From Bacteroidales bacterium (GTDB lineage Bacteria > Bacteroidota > Bacteroidia > Bacteroidales > P3), in contig JAFSLX010000049.1 of NCBI GenBank assembly GCA_017448185.1, forward strand, positions 1,152-65,151: 64,000 nucleotides of DNA. The letters run 5' to 3'. Shown in pieces: positions 34,207 through 44,553 of this stretch (position 1 is the stretch's first letter; every line of letters begins with the position of its first letter). The notes under the pieces were generated by a model. That model was not told the origin of the DNA. It saw nothing but the letters and a program-made list of their open reading frames with translations, and ran no database searches. Position numbers and translations under genes: made by a program.

Positions 34207-35349
34207 ATGAAATACAGCACCCTCATTCTGACAGGATTTATAGCAATATCATTCTCCTTGGGAGCCCAAACCCGCTACCAGAAGACTTACAGCAACACCA
34301 AACAGCTGTCGGTCGAAGGCACGATGAGCGACGACAACCAACGCACAGGCAAATGGACGTGGTGGTACCCCAACGGACAGGTATCGCAGGAAGGCTCGTA
34401 CAACCATGGAAAGAAGACCGGTGTGTGGACCCTCTATTATGAGGACGGCAGCCGCATGGCCGAAGAATGCCACGAAACCGGAGTGAACCGCACCTGGTTC
34501 CGCAACGGCGACCTGCAGAACGAGGTGAACGTCGAAAACGGCAAAAAGAACGGCACCTACCGCTCGTGGTACTCAAACGGGCAGCAGGAAGAGGAGCTCA
34601 CCTATGTGAACGGCAGCCGCGAGGGCGAAAGCCGCCAATGGCACAAAAACGGCAAAATGAAATTCCACGGCACCTATCGAAACAATGAACTTCAGGGTGA
34701 AGCCAGCTGGTGGTTTGAGGATGGGAAAAAAGACATGGAGGGCCGCCTCACTGACGGAAAGCAGGAGGGCGAATGGACCTTCTACTGGCGCTCGAACGGC
34801 AAGGTTGGTATCAGAGGTTCCTACACGAAAGGGCAGGAAATCGGCATGTGGACCTACTACTACGAGACTGGCGAACGCTGGCGTGCCGGCAACTATCAGG
34901 CAGGCAAACGTCAAGGATTGTGGACCACCTGGTACGAAAGCGGCAAGAAACTGCACGAAGGCAAATATGTGAACGACCTTGAAGAGGGCCGCTGGACGGC
35001 TTGGTACGAAAACGGCGACGTAGACTATTACGGCGACTTCTCGGCCGGCAAGAAAGACGGCGAATGGAAAGGTCTCTATGACGACGGCTCGACCCGATAT
35101 ATCATCCATTATTCGAACGACGAAAAGGACGGCGAAGAGATTCGCTACTATCCCAACGGCAAAATGGAATACCTCCAAAACTTCGTCAACGGTGTGCTCG
35201 AAGGCAAATATGAGCGCTATAACGAAACTGGCGGATTGGTGGAGAAAGGCCAGTTCGTGAACGGCGAGAAAGAGGGTAAATGGGTATGGTATGACGGCGG
35301 GAAAGAGGTGTACAAAGCCAAATTCAAGGCCGGTAAAGAGGTAAAATGA
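34207..35349 (+). CDS. MORN-repeat-variant protein (YwqK-family annotation)
   Basis: Signal peptide, then more than 12 repeats of G.W..(W)Y.NGq....G.Y..GkK.G.W. Confidence 0.8.
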   Translation: MKYSTLILTGFIAISFSLGAQTRYQKTYSNTKQLSVEGTMSDDNQRTGKWTWWYPNGQVSQEGSYNHGKKTGVWTLYYEDGSRMAEECHETGVNRTWFRNGDLQNEVNVENGKKNGTYRSWYSNGQQEEELTYVNGSREGESRQWHKNGKMKFHGTYRNNELQGEASWWFEDGKKDMEGRLTDGKQEGEWTFYWRSNGKVGIRGSYTKGQEIGMWTYYYETGERWRAGNYQAGKRQGLWTTWYESGKKLHEGKYVNDLEEGRWTAWYENGDVDYYGDFSAGKKDGEWKGLYDDGSTRYIIHYSNDEKDGEEIRYYPNGKMEYLQNFVNGVLEGKYERYNETGGLVEKGQFVNGEKEGKWVWYDGGKEVYKAKFKAGKEVK

Positions 35350-35918
35350 AGCTTCTTCTTGCATCGAAATCGCCTCGCCGCAGGCAGTTACTCTCCGAGC
35401 TAGGATTTCCAATCGAATTTGTCGACCTGAACGTCGACGAACATGTAGATAATACGCTTCCGGCAAAAGAAATCGCCCAATTCCTTGCCCACCGCAAAGC
35501 GATGGCCTACCCTGCTGAAAAAATAAAAGACAACGAGGTGCTGGTAACGGCAGATACCATAGTGGTGCACAATGGCCAAATACTTGGCAAACCAGCCGAC
35601 CGCGACGCAGCTTTCGCCACATTGCGCAGTCTGTCGGGCGATCGGCATACGGTCTACACTGGGGTTTGTCTGCGTTCAAACCAACAGGAATATGCCTTCA
35701 CCGAAGCCACCGATGTCTATTTCAAATCCATCAGCGACGATGAAATAGCCTACTACATTGACAACTACCGCCCCTATGACAAAGCCGGAGCCTACGGTAT
35801 TCAAGAATGGATAGGTATGGTTGCGGTAGAACGCATCGAAGGATGTTACTACAATGTCATGGGTCTGCCCGTCGCCCAACTTTACAAGACATTAAGAAAC
35901 AGATTTTTGTCCAAATAA
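35346..35918 (+). CDS. maf: Maf family nucleoside triphosphate pyrophosphatase
   Basis: MKLLLASKSPRRRQLLSELGF ... GAYGIQE. ATGA overlap with the upstream stop. Confidence 0.9.
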   Translation: MKLLLASKSPRRRQLLSELGFPIEFVDLNVDEHVDNTLPAKEIAQFLAHRKAMAYPAEKIKDNEVLVTADTIVVHNGQILGKPADRDAAFATLRSLSGDRHTVYTGVCLRSNQQEYAFTEATDVYFKSISDDEIAYYIDNYRPYDKAGAYGIQEWIGMVAVERIEGCYYNVMGLPVAQLYKTLRNRFLSK

Positions 35919-37771
35919 AGGTCTCCCCTGTCAAGCATATCCCTCACCACATCGACAACATCGACATAGCCTTGGCGTTCGAGCAAATCGACCAGATTGC
36001 GTATCGTCATCTTGTTGTGCTGCAGAGCCTGCAATATAGCCTCTTTCAACCCTGACGGGACATGCTGCCGACGTAAACATACATCGCACTTCCCACAATT
36101 TGCACCACTATCCGTTTCACCAAAGTAAGCCAACAACTGCGTTGCACGACAGTCCTTATCGTTGTGAACATAATCCTCGACTGCCTGCAGCCGTTTCGCA
36201 GCAGCTTGTTTCAAGTGGGTGTAGTCCTGCTCGTTAAGGTAAATGTTTTTCTCATCAACGCGCGCTGTGGCAAATACAATTTGCGGTTTCTTCGGACAGG
36301 GACGGTACTCAACCGTCTTCATGTCGTGAAGTTGTTGCAACATTCTCTGCACATCGGCCTCATTGAGGTAACATCGAGCCGCAATCTTCCGTTCGTCAAT
36401 CGGTACAGTGGTGGTGAACAGCCCAGGATACATCCTGATTATGGCCTGCAACAGGTTGCCTAAAGCAAAGTGTTCGACCTGAAAGCGGTAGAGTTCCTCC
36501 TTGGCAATGGGGATATATAGTGACGAACAAACCTCTTCACGGTCAGGAATTGACAGTAACCCTTCGCGTTCCAAGAACTTGCACGAACTGTAGAATTCGC
36601 GAACTTCAAAATTATAAGTATCGCATATCGTCTCCATGTCAAAGTCGAAACAAGCATCAGCCCCGCTCCCTACCGGTATGCGGTAATAATTGCAAAGCGC
36701 ACGATAGACCGTTCTAATTCTCTTCAACACAGGATAGTCCTGCTCAAAGTCATCTTCAAGGCGGTTGATTGACGATGGATTCCACAAAAGCACGCAATAG
36801 GACTTCTTGCCATCACGACCAGCACGACCTGCCTCCTGGAAATATGCTTCCAACGAATCAGGGATGTCGAGATGTATCACAAACCGCACATCTGGCTTGT
36901 CTATGCCCATACCAAAAGCGTTGGTAGCAACCATCACACGACACTTCCCATTCATCCACATCTCCTGCCGATGGTCACGCTCTGCAATGTCCAACCCTGC
37001 ATGATAGTAAATTGCAGGGACATTGTTTGCATTCAGTAAATCGGCTATTTGACGCGTCAACTTACGTCTTCGGGTATATACTATACCGCACCCTTCGACC
37101 CGACGCACAATCTGCAGCAGACGGCCACTCATATCCTCATCATACACCACCATATAGCTGAGGTTGACACGGTTAAAGCTCGACCTAAACCTACAGCACC
37201 GACGAAGCAACAAATGTCGCTCGATATCGGCAATCACTTGGGGTGTGGCCGTTGCTGTAAGTGCAATGATGGGTACCGATGGCTGATAGCTACGAATATC
37301 GGCAATCTGCAGGTAAGACGGACGGAAGTCGTAGCCCCACTGCGAGATACAATGCGCCTCATCGACGGCTATCAGACACACCTTCATCTGCCTGAAATGC
37401 TCGATAAACATGCGCTGCCGCAGGCGTTCGGGCGAAACATAAAGGAATTTTATTTTACCAAATACGCAGTTATTCAGCACCGTCGATATTTCACTCCCAC
37501 CCATGCCCGACACCACACAGGCCGCCTTGATGCCACGGTTGTTCAGCTGCTGCACCTGGTCTTTCATCAACGCAATCAGCGGCGATACCACCAAACACAG
37601 CCCTTCCTGCATCAATGCGGGCAATTGGTAGCAAAGCGACTTTCCTCCTCCAGTGGGAAGCAGTGCCACTGTATCGTTGCCTTGAAGCACCGAGTCGACA
37701 ATCTCTTCCTGCAACGGACGAAAACTATCGAAGCCCCAGTAGCGCTTCAGCAACGAATGCTTGTCGGACAT
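35882..37771 (-). CDS. recQ: ATP-dependent DNA helicase RecQ
   Basis: YWGFDSFRPLQEEIV, LLPTGGGKSLCYQLPAL, VDEAHCISQWGYDFRP, and a C-terminal Zn/RQC region CGKCDVC. Confidence 0.92.
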   Translation of the reverse strand: MSDKHSLLKRYWGFDSFRPLQEEIVDSVLQGNDTVALLPTGGGKSLCYQLPALMQEGLCLVVSPLIALMKDQVQQLNNRGIKAACVVSGMGGSEISTVLNNCVFGKIKFLYVSPERLRQRMFIEHFRQMKVCLIAVDEAHCISQWGYDFRPSYLQIADIRSYQPSVPIIALTATATPQVIADIERHLLLRRCCRFRSSFNRVNLSYMVVYDEDMSGRLLQIVRRVEGCGIVYTRRRKLTRQIADLLNANNVPAIYYHAGLDIAERDHRQEMWMNGKCRVMVATNAFGMGIDKPDVRFVIHLDIPDSLEAYFQEAGRAGRDGKKSYCVLLWNPSSINRLEDDFEQDYPVLKRIRTVYRALCNYYRIPVGSGADACFDFDMETICDTYNFEVREFYSSCKFLEREGLLSIPDREEVCSSLYIPIAKEELYRFQVEHFALGNLLQAIIRMYPGLFTTTVPIDERKIAARCYLNEADVQRMLQQLHDMKTVEYRPCPKKPQIVFATARVDEKNIYLNEQDYTHLKQAAAKRLQAVEDYVHNDKDCRATQLLAYFGETDSGANCGKCDVCLRRQHVPSGLKEAILQALQHNKMTIRNLVDLLERQGYVDVVDVVRDMLDRGDLYLDKNLFLNVL

Positions 37772-40700
37772 TATCTAACCAGTGTAATCGTTCCCTTCAA
37801 CGACTTCAGCGTATTGACTCCAGGCTTGCGGTAGCTGCAGATATATACGTATGCGCCCTGGGGGCAAAGCACACCGTTCAATGTGCCGTCCCATTCAAAC
37901 TGCGGGTCGGTCGATTCGAACACCAGCATGCCGCGGCGATCGTATATGTAGATGTGGAAATACTCATACGGGTTGTTGGTGAAAAGCTTGAACTTCGAAT
38001 TGTCGTCGTTGCTGCCCGGCGTGAAAGCATTGGGGAACCACGACGTAAACAGGTACACCGGTATTGCAAAGTTGTATTCCTTCGGACAGTTGAGCTCGTT
38101 ATACGAGGTCAGCAACACATGCACCGAATCACCTTGGGCACCCATTGCCTCCTCAAATGTATGTGTCACCTCGCGGCCTTCGACCAACTCGCTATTGTTA
38201 AACAGCCACGTCGAAGCAATGCTGTTGGGCGATATGTCGCGCAGTGTCACCGTCGGATCGTCGCAGTCGACTACCGACGGATTGGCACTCACCCTCAACA
38301 CGGGTAACGGCACCACAGTAACCTGTTGCGTCAGCGGGTCGGCATCGCAGTTATTCATTCCGTGGCCCACCATTGTGTATATTGTAGTGGTGTCGGGATG
38401 AACATATATGGTGTCGAGTGTCGACCAAATTGAATCAATACTATAGCTCACTATAATTGTAGTGTCTCTCATCGTAGTATCATACACAATACTATCTAAA
38501 TCCACAAGAACTATAGTGTCAATTGTCATTATCGTACTGTCTCTCGTAATCAGAATAGTATCTAATATATATGATGAAGCAGGCAGATTGGAATCAGCTG
38601 GAGAACCCGACCAGGTATAATAGGTGGCATCCTGTCCAACCAGCATCGCCGAGTCGCCTGGGCAGATACGGCCGTCGGCCGGGAAAATCCTCAACTTTGG
38701 ACTCACCAGATAGGCCCGTATGCTGTCCCATGCCACACAGCCTTTTTTGCTGGTCACACGTACATAGTAAGTCGATGTGTCAGCATAGGGTTCCACCCGT
38801 AGCGTGTCGCCCTCAGGTATCGAACCGGTGATCGAACCATAACTGCGCGACCATTCGAACGTACAGCTGTCCACACCTATCGTTCTTACCACTGCCTCGG
38901 TCTTGCTGCCCTTACAGACAATAGTGTCGCCTGTCACTTCCAGTTCCGGATGCAGGAACACAGCCACCGTGTCATGGGCCACACCATAGCAGTATATCCT
39001 TTCCGTAGTCATCAACGGATTAATATACGACTGACCATTGTATACCCTCAGCACAATCGGTTCCACACCGTGGGTAAACGCCCGATTGATAATCTGGTTT
39101 TCGCTGCCTTCCCCTCGTATAGTGTCGAAGGTCGTTCCCGTTGAGTCATCCGGTCTCAGGAATATCCACTCCCTCGACAATCCATCACTCGTCGTATCGG
39201 CAAGTCGCGTCGTAGCGGTATCGCACAATTCCCTGTCGCTAATGGTCATTCCTACCTTGGGGTTCAACTTCGGCCGGATGATATACCTCTTCTCCGAATA
39301 GCATCCCGTATCGGTAGTATTGGTGCGTACCAACAACCCCCTCAATCCACGGGCATCGGTATGATACATCACCGAGTCGCCCACCATCACCGTGTCGGGG
39401 ATGCCGCTACACAGAGTGTTCGAGTATACAGACCATTTGGTCAAACTATCTACCACCAAACTCGGATCGCCGGGCACAAAACTTGCGTTCTTCATCTTCA
39501 CGTCGCCTCCACACATCGCCAAGGTATCAATCTTCATCGTCGGCTTCGTGTTCTGCACGTTCAGGTAAATCTGGCTCCAAAATGGATAGGCGGGATTGAG
39601 GGCCGACTTCATGCGACAACGGAAGGTCTGAATATTACCAATCGAGTCCCTGCCAATCGGAATTTGCAAATGATTGGCATTGGGGCGGTAAAACACGCGG
39701 AAATCGCTGGTTTGCACATTGTATTGGTAAGTGGCCTGGGTCGAATCGGCCAAAACACGGAACGTGAAATAATGGCTCATACCACCATCCGGGTCATTTT
39801 CGTCCGGCAACATGAAATCATAGTCGGGATTATTCGTTTTGCCGAATTCCGAAGCCGACCACTCATAGGCCTGCATACCCGTCGGTGCGGTTATCGTGGT
39901 CACATCTTCCGATTCACCTGGAGGACAGCCCGACGGTGACAGTGCCATCTGGCGACACTCACCTGCAATATAAGCGTAGGCATAGTGAGCGTTCCAGATG
40001 CAATCGTGTGTCATCACCTCAATACGTAATCTCTTATACATATAGTCCGACAGATTAATAGCCACTTTGGTCCAATCTTTATAAATAACTGCATTGTATC
40101 CAGAACCATGCTGGTGCCATGCTCCCGGTCCCCCTTGACCCCACGGCACAATTTGTGCATCACCAACACCATATTGCCTTTCACTTGCATCAATATCATT
40201 TAAATTTGTAGGTGCAGATGAAATATAATATGATAAATGATTGTAATCAATCTGCACCCACTGGCCTGCCGCATTCTGTTTCATCACACGGATAATGAAC
40301 TTGGGATCTCCTCTCCTTCCATGTCCAGGTGCCTCAATTACACAAGCATAATAAATAAACATCAAAGCATTGTCTGGCGTAGGGGTACAGTAATAGTACA
40401 ACGCGGTTGCTCCATCATTGTTACTACTACTGCCCGCAGGACAGTCATCCCCAATTCGAATACTTTTTGTTAATTGGGTGTTATATGTCTGATCCGTAGT
40501 ATTATATTGAGTCGGTACAAAACGAAGATGGTCACCCGTATTAGGATCCATATTTACCGGATGTCCAGGTGCTTGATCCGTTGAACTCATTATTTTAAAA
40601 AACTTCTCATGACTTGGAATAGTGCCATACGTGGATCCACTGCAACTCCCTGAAGCCTGTTTCGTGGCAAGTTGCGACCCATCCCATTCTGTTGTGCTCC

Positions 40701-40935
40701 AGTTTACACCCGTCTCTCCTGTTGAAGCATTATACAACAACATAGGGGAACCTGGAACACATCCGTTTTTCCCCGTCCAATAATCGGAGCCATTGTTACC
40801 CGTCACCGAAAAATTGGCAGGATTGTTCCATGCCGGACAAGCTTGACTCTGCAGCCAATCATCCTGTGCAAATGCGTAGCTACCACAGGCAAACAACAGC
40901 ATTGTCAGCACGACAGAACCAACAATATTTCTCAT
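37771..40935 (-). CDS. large T9SS type-B (gliding-motility-associated C-terminal domain) surface protein
   Basis: C-terminus FPNAFTPGSNDDNSKFKLF..YIYDRRGMLVFES..FEWDGT..GAYVYI is the CHU_C/type-B sorting domain. Signal MRNIVGSVVLTMLLFACGSYAFAQ from ATG 40935. Confidence 0.85.
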   Translation of the reverse strand: MRNIVGSVVLTMLLFACGSYAFAQDDWLQSQACPAWNNPANFSVTGNNGSDYWTGKNGCVPGSPMLLYNASTGETGVNWSTTEWDGSQLATKQASGSCSGSTYGTIPSHEKFFKIMSSTDQAPGHPVNMDPNTGDHLRFVPTQYNTTDQTYNTQLTKSIRIGDDCPAGSSSNNDGATALYYYCTPTPDNALMFIYYACVIEAPGHGRRGDPKFIIRVMKQNAAGQWVQIDYNHLSYYISSAPTNLNDIDASERQYGVGDAQIVPWGQGGPGAWHQHGSGYNAVIYKDWTKVAINLSDYMYKRLRIEVMTHDCIWNAHYAYAYIAGECRQMALSPSGCPPGESEDVTTITAPTGMQAYEWSASEFGKTNNPDYDFMLPDENDPDGGMSHYFTFRVLADSTQATYQYNVQTSDFRVFYRPNANHLQIPIGRDSIGNIQTFRCRMKSALNPAYPFWSQIYLNVQNTKPTMKIDTLAMCGGDVKMKNASFVPGDPSLVVDSLTKWSVYSNTLCSGIPDTVMVGDSVMYHTDARGLRGLLVRTNTTDTGCYSEKRYIIRPKLNPKVGMTISDRELCDTATTRLADTTSDGLSREWIFLRPDDSTGTTFDTIRGEGSENQIINRAFTHGVEPIVLRVYNGQSYINPLMTTERIYCYGVAHDTVAVFLHPELEVTGDTIVCKGSKTEAVVRTIGVDSCTFEWSRSYGSITGSIPEGDTLRVEPYADTSTYYVRVTSKKGCVAWDSIRAYLVSPKLRIFPADGRICPGDSAMLVGQDATYYTWSGSPADSNLPASSYILDTILITRDSTIMTIDTIVLVDLDSIVYDTTMRDTTIIVSYSIDSIWSTLDTIYVHPDTTTIYTMVGHGMNNCDADPLTQQVTVVPLPVLRVSANPSVVDCDDPTVTLRDISPNSIASTWLFNNSELVEGREVTHTFEEAMGAQGDSVHVLLTSYNELNCPKEYNFAIPVYLFTSWFPNAFTPGSNDDNSKFKLFTNNPYEYFHIYIYDRRGMLVFESTDPQFEWDGTLNGVLCPQGAYVYICSYRKPGVNTLKSLKGTITLVR

Positions 40936-41001
40936 GTTATTACACTTTATATTATTCATTAACAACAGATTGCACACATTCCTACACATCATACCCTACC
41001 G

Positions 41002-41009
41002 CAAAAATA
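41002..41009 (-). promoter_or_regulatory. -7 promoter box TATTTTTG
   Basis: TAnnTTTG match 67 nt upstream of ATG 40935. Confidence 0.5.
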
Positions 41010-41104
41010 ACAACAATTATTTATTTTTGCAAATAAAATATCTTTTTCTTTCACGCACACGTACATTATATAGACGCAAAAGACACATAAAATGTTGTCG
41101 CCGA

Positions 41105-41141
41105 CAAAAAAAAGATGCGGACTGACTGTGCAGTCCGCATC
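41105..41141 (-). terminator. rpsA terminator
   Basis: On the minus strand, GATGCGGACTG..CAGTCCGCATC is followed by TTTTTTTTG. Confidence 0.8.
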
Positions 41142-41171
41142 CACCTAAAAAAATAATCTTGAAAAAAACAA

Positions 41172-43016
41172 TTATTTTTCTTCTTTCAATTTCTGGAAGA
41201 TGTCAAGGTCGCCAAGGGTGGTCTTCTCGAGATTCTCGTTGATCTGCTTGACGGTCTTCTTCGTTGCGCGGTCCTTCTTTTCGTCGCCTTCACGGGTGGC
41301 GTCGGCACCGTCCTGGAAGGTACGGGTGTGCGAAACGATGATTTTCTTGCTGTCTTTCGAGAATTCAATCACCTTGAAGTCGAGGGTCTCGCCGTTGCGG
41401 GCTTTGCTCTTGTCTTCCTTGTCGAGGTGACGCATCGGAGCGAAGGCTTCGACATCGTAAGGCAGGATGACGGTGGCACCCTTGTCGTTCAGGTTGACGA
41501 TCTTGCCCTGGTGCACGCTACCGACGGTGAAGAGGCTCTCGTACACGTCCCAAGGATTCTCCTCGAGCTGCTTGTGGCCGAGGCTGAGGCGACGGTTGTC
41601 GGCATCGACTTCGAGGACCACCACGTCGATCTTCTCACCGATCTTGGTGAACTCGGCGGGGTGTTTGATCTTCTTGCTCCAGCTGAGGTCGCTGATGTGG
41701 ATAAGACCGTCGACGCCTTCCTCAAGCTCGACAAAGATGCCGAAGTTGGTGAAGTTGCGCACGGTGGCGGTATGCTTGCTGCCGATAGGATATTTCTCGG
41801 CGATGTTCAGCCAAGGATCGGGCATGAGCTGACGGATACCGAGGCTCATCTTGCGGTTTTCGCGGTCGAGCGAAAGGATGACGGCTTCGACCTCGTCGCC
41901 CACCTTCAGGAAGTCCTGAGCCGAGCGCAGGTGCTGGCTCCAGCTCATTTCGCTGACGTGGATCAGACCTTCGACACCGGGGATAATCTCGACGAAAGCA
42001 CCGTAGTCGGCCAGAACAACGACCTTGCCCTTCACGTGGTCGCCTTCCTTCAGGTTGGCATCGAGGGCATCCCACGGGTGAGGAGTGAGCTGCTTCAGAC
42101 CGAGAGCGATGCGGCGCTTGGCCTCATCGAAGTCGAGGATAACGACATTGATCTTCTGGTCGAGCGAGACAATCTCTTCGGGGTGGTTGATGCGGCCCCA
42201 GCTGAGGTCGGTGATGTGAATCAGACCGTCGACACCGCCGAGGTCGACAAACACACCGTAGCTGGTGATGTTCTTCACCACGCCTTCGAGCACCTGACCC
42301 TTCTCGAGGTGGCTGATAATCTCGGCCTTCTGAGCCTCGATCTCGTCCTCGATGAGAGCCTTGTGGCTGACGACGACATTCTTGTATTCGTGGTTGATTT
42401 TGACCACTTTGAATTCCATCTGCTTGCCGACATACACGTCGTAGTCGCGGATGGGCTTGACATCGATCTGGCTGCCGGGCAGGAAGGCCTCGATGTTGTC
42501 GAACACGGTGACGATGAGACCGCCTTTGGTGCGGCTCTTGACGTAACCGGTGATGATTTCCTGGTTGTCGTAGGCCTGGTTGACACGCTCCCAGCTCTTG
42601 AGGATACGGGCTTTCTTGTGGCTGAGCATCAGCTGGCCGTTCGAATCCTCCTGGCTCTCGACGTAGACCTCGATTTTGTCGCCGGCCTTCAGGTCGGGAT
42701 TGTAACGAAGCTCACTGGCGGGGATGACACCGTCGCTCTTGGCTCCGACGTTGACGACGGCCTCGCGGTCGTTGATGGCAACGATGGTGCCTTCGATCAC
42801 CTCTTGCTCGGTGAAGGCGTTGAACGATTTTTCGTAGGCTTCGGATTTGTCGTTGGCCTGTTCCTGTTTGATTTTACCGGCTTTATCTTCGACTGCGCTC
42901 CAATCAAAATCGGCCAGCGGTTGGACATTCTTATAATCCATTCTTTTTTTTTGCGGAGAGTAAGCTCCGCGCTTTTTATGTGCATCCTGTCGCTGCACGG
43001 GTTCATTATTATTCAT
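41172..43016 (-). CDS. rpsA: 30S ribosomal protein S1
   Basis: Six S1 OB-fold repeats (e.g. GQVLEGVVKNITSYGVFVDLGGVDGLIHITDLSW). An alternative start at ATG 42941 (MDYKNVQPLADFDW) is possible. Confidence 0.92.
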   Translation of the reverse strand: MNNNEPVQRQDAHKKRGAYSPQKKRMDYKNVQPLADFDWSAVEDKAGKIKQEQANDKSEAYEKSFNAFTEQEVIEGTIVAINDREAVVNVGAKSDGVIPASELRYNPDLKAGDKIEVYVESQEDSNGQLMLSHKKARILKSWERVNQAYDNQEIITGYVKSRTKGGLIVTVFDNIEAFLPGSQIDVKPIRDYDVYVGKQMEFKVVKINHEYKNVVVSHKALIEDEIEAQKAEIISHLEKGQVLEGVVKNITSYGVFVDLGGVDGLIHITDLSWGRINHPEEIVSLDQKINVVILDFDEAKRRIALGLKQLTPHPWDALDANLKEGDHVKGKVVVLADYGAFVEIIPGVEGLIHVSEMSWSQHLRSAQDFLKVGDEVEAVILSLDRENRKMSLGIRQLMPDPWLNIAEKYPIGSKHTATVRNFTNFGIFVELEEGVDGLIHISDLSWSKKIKHPAEFTKIGEKIDVVVLEVDADNRRLSLGHKQLEENPWDVYESLFTVGSVHQGKIVNLNDKGATVILPYDVEAFAPMRHLDKEDKSKARNGETLDFKVIEFSKDSKKIIVSHTRTFQDGADATREGDEKKDRATKKTVKQINENLEKTTLGDLDIFQKLKEEK

Positions 43017-43071
43017 TCAATCATTTGACCGACAATCTGTTGACAGGTAACAGCACGCTCAAAATGCTTTG

Positions 43072-43079
43072 CAAAGATA
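43072..43079 (-). promoter_or_regulatory. -7 promoter box TATCTTTG for rpsA
   Basis: TAnnTTTG match 56 nt upstream of ATG 43016. Confidence 0.55.
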
Positions 43080-43139
43080 CAAAAAATTTATAATACTATA
43101 AAAAATATTTTGCGGCGGAGCACTACCCATGCCTTAAAT

Positions 43140-43224
43140 GTTCACCCGTTGTTCTGTCGTTGCTATGTCGCTGTTCTGTGAATGACTGAACAACGACTGA
43201 ACAACAGCTGAACAACGGGTGAAC
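43140..43224. repeat. Long palindromic intergenic repeat, copy C (left arm degenerate)
   Basis: GTTCACCCGTTGTTC...loop...CTGAACAACGACTGAACAACAGCTGAACAACGGGTGAAC. The outer 15 bp pair perfectly and the inner left arm has diverged. Confidence 0.8.
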
Positions 43225-43245
43225 AGCAGCCTGTGCTGAAGCAGT

Positions 43246-44538
43246 TTAAGCGGGGTTGTCGAGCTTGGTGTTCTTCGAGCCCACGAGGGCATAGAAGAGG
43301 ATGTAGGCGAAGCCCGCAACGACAATCCAGTAAGAGGGCTGGTAGCCGGCAGGGCCGAAAATGTCGACCACCGCGTTCATGGCCAGCGGGAGTATACCAC
43401 CACCGCAAACCAGCGCCATGAAAAGACCTGAGGCGCGCTCGGTGTATTTGCCGAGGCCTTCGACGGCAAGGTTGAATATGCCGCCCCACATCACCGAGGT
43501 GCAGAGACCCACGCAGACCAACAGTGCCGCGCTGAGCGGTATCATGTTGAATCCGAAGCCTTGAGCACCATTGAAGCCGAGGAAGTGGACTTGGACGGTG
43601 GCAGGAATGAAGATGGCCAGCAGCACCAGTGTCACAGCTGCGGCGGCAGCCACGGAGAGCATTTTGCGCGGCGACACCTTGGCTCCCACCAAGCCGCCAA
43701 TCAGACGGCCGACAAGCATCAGCAACCAGTAGAATCCAGTGACCGAGGCAGCGATGTCGTCGTCGTTAAGGCTCTCGCTGAGGATGTCGAGATCGGGATT
43801 CTGGAGCCACTTGTTGAGGATATTGGGCGTGCCCACCTCGACACCGACATAGATGAAGATGGCAATGGCGCCGAGGACAAAATGACGGTAGTTGAGGAGG
43901 CCTTTCAGGGGAAGGGCTTCGCCAGCCTTGTCGGTGGATTCTTGTTTTTCGGGTATTTTAGTAAGCAGGATGACCACAAAGGCCAGCGCAAAGATGGCCA
44001 TGGCAGTGTACATCAGGGGGAAGGTATCGCTAATCTTGGCCTCGACAATAGAGGGGATGAGGAGACCCGTGATAACGATGACCGCGGTGCCGCAGAGCGA
44101 ATTAAAGGTACCGCCGAACTGGATGAGCTGGTTACCCTTGTTGCCGCCGCCACCCAGACGGTTGAGCATCGGGTTGACCACGGTGTTGAGCAAGCACATC
44201 GAGAAGCCCGCCACCAATGCGCCGACAAGGTAGACACCGAAACTGCCCACGATGCCGGAGAGAAGCTGCACGCCCACACCGAGGAAGCCCACGGCAACAG
44301 CAATGAGAGCCGTAATCTTGTAGCCACGGCGCTGCAGCAGGTTGCCTGCCGGGATACCCATGAGGGCATAGGCGATGAAGTTGGCGAAGACACCGAGGGT
44401 GCCCTGCCAGTTGGGGATGGTGAATTGGTTCTTCAAGATGTCGCCCATCGGCGAAGCGAGGTTGGTTACAAAGGAGATCATGCCGAAAAGCAGGATCATC
44501 ACAATGATAGGGACAGTGTAATTCTGTTTCTTTTCCAT
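43246..44538 (-). CDS. MFS sugar transporter (FucP / glucose-galactose transporter family)
   Basis: 12-TM profile. The N-terminus MEKKQNYTVPIIVMILLFGMISFVTNLASPMGDILKNQF is typical of FucP/GluP-type MFS proteins. Confidence 0.85.
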   Translation of the reverse strand: MEKKQNYTVPIIVMILLFGMISFVTNLASPMGDILKNQFTIPNWQGTLGVFANFIAYALMGIPAGNLLQRRGYKITALIAVAVGFLGVGVQLLSGIVGSFGVYLVGALVAGFSMCLLNTVVNPMLNRLGGGGNKGNQLIQFGGTFNSLCGTAVIVITGLLIPSIVEAKISDTFPLMYTAMAIFALAFVVILLTKIPEKQESTDKAGEALPLKGLLNYRHFVLGAIAIFIYVGVEVGTPNILNKWLQNPDLDILSESLNDDDIAASVTGFYWLLMLVGRLIGGLVGAKVSPRKMLSVAAAAAVTLVLLAIFIPATVQVHFLGFNGAQGFGFNMIPLSAALLVCVGLCTSVMWGGIFNLAVEGLGKYTERASGLFMALVCGGGILPLAMNAVVDIFGPAGYQPSYWIVVAGFAYILFYALVGSKNTKLDNPA

Positions 44539-44553
44539 AATATAATAATCAGT

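Noticed and set aside
41328-43028. 566-aa + strand ORF opposite rpsA, and similar long antisense ORFs (2273-3532 -, 4507-5241 -, 43561-44895 +, 46108-47007 +, 50049-51269 +, 13633-14622 +)
   Set aside because: Each fully overlaps a gene with unmistakable family motifs on the other strand. The products are Val/Asp/Gly/Ala/His-rich with no motifs, so they are shadow ORFs.
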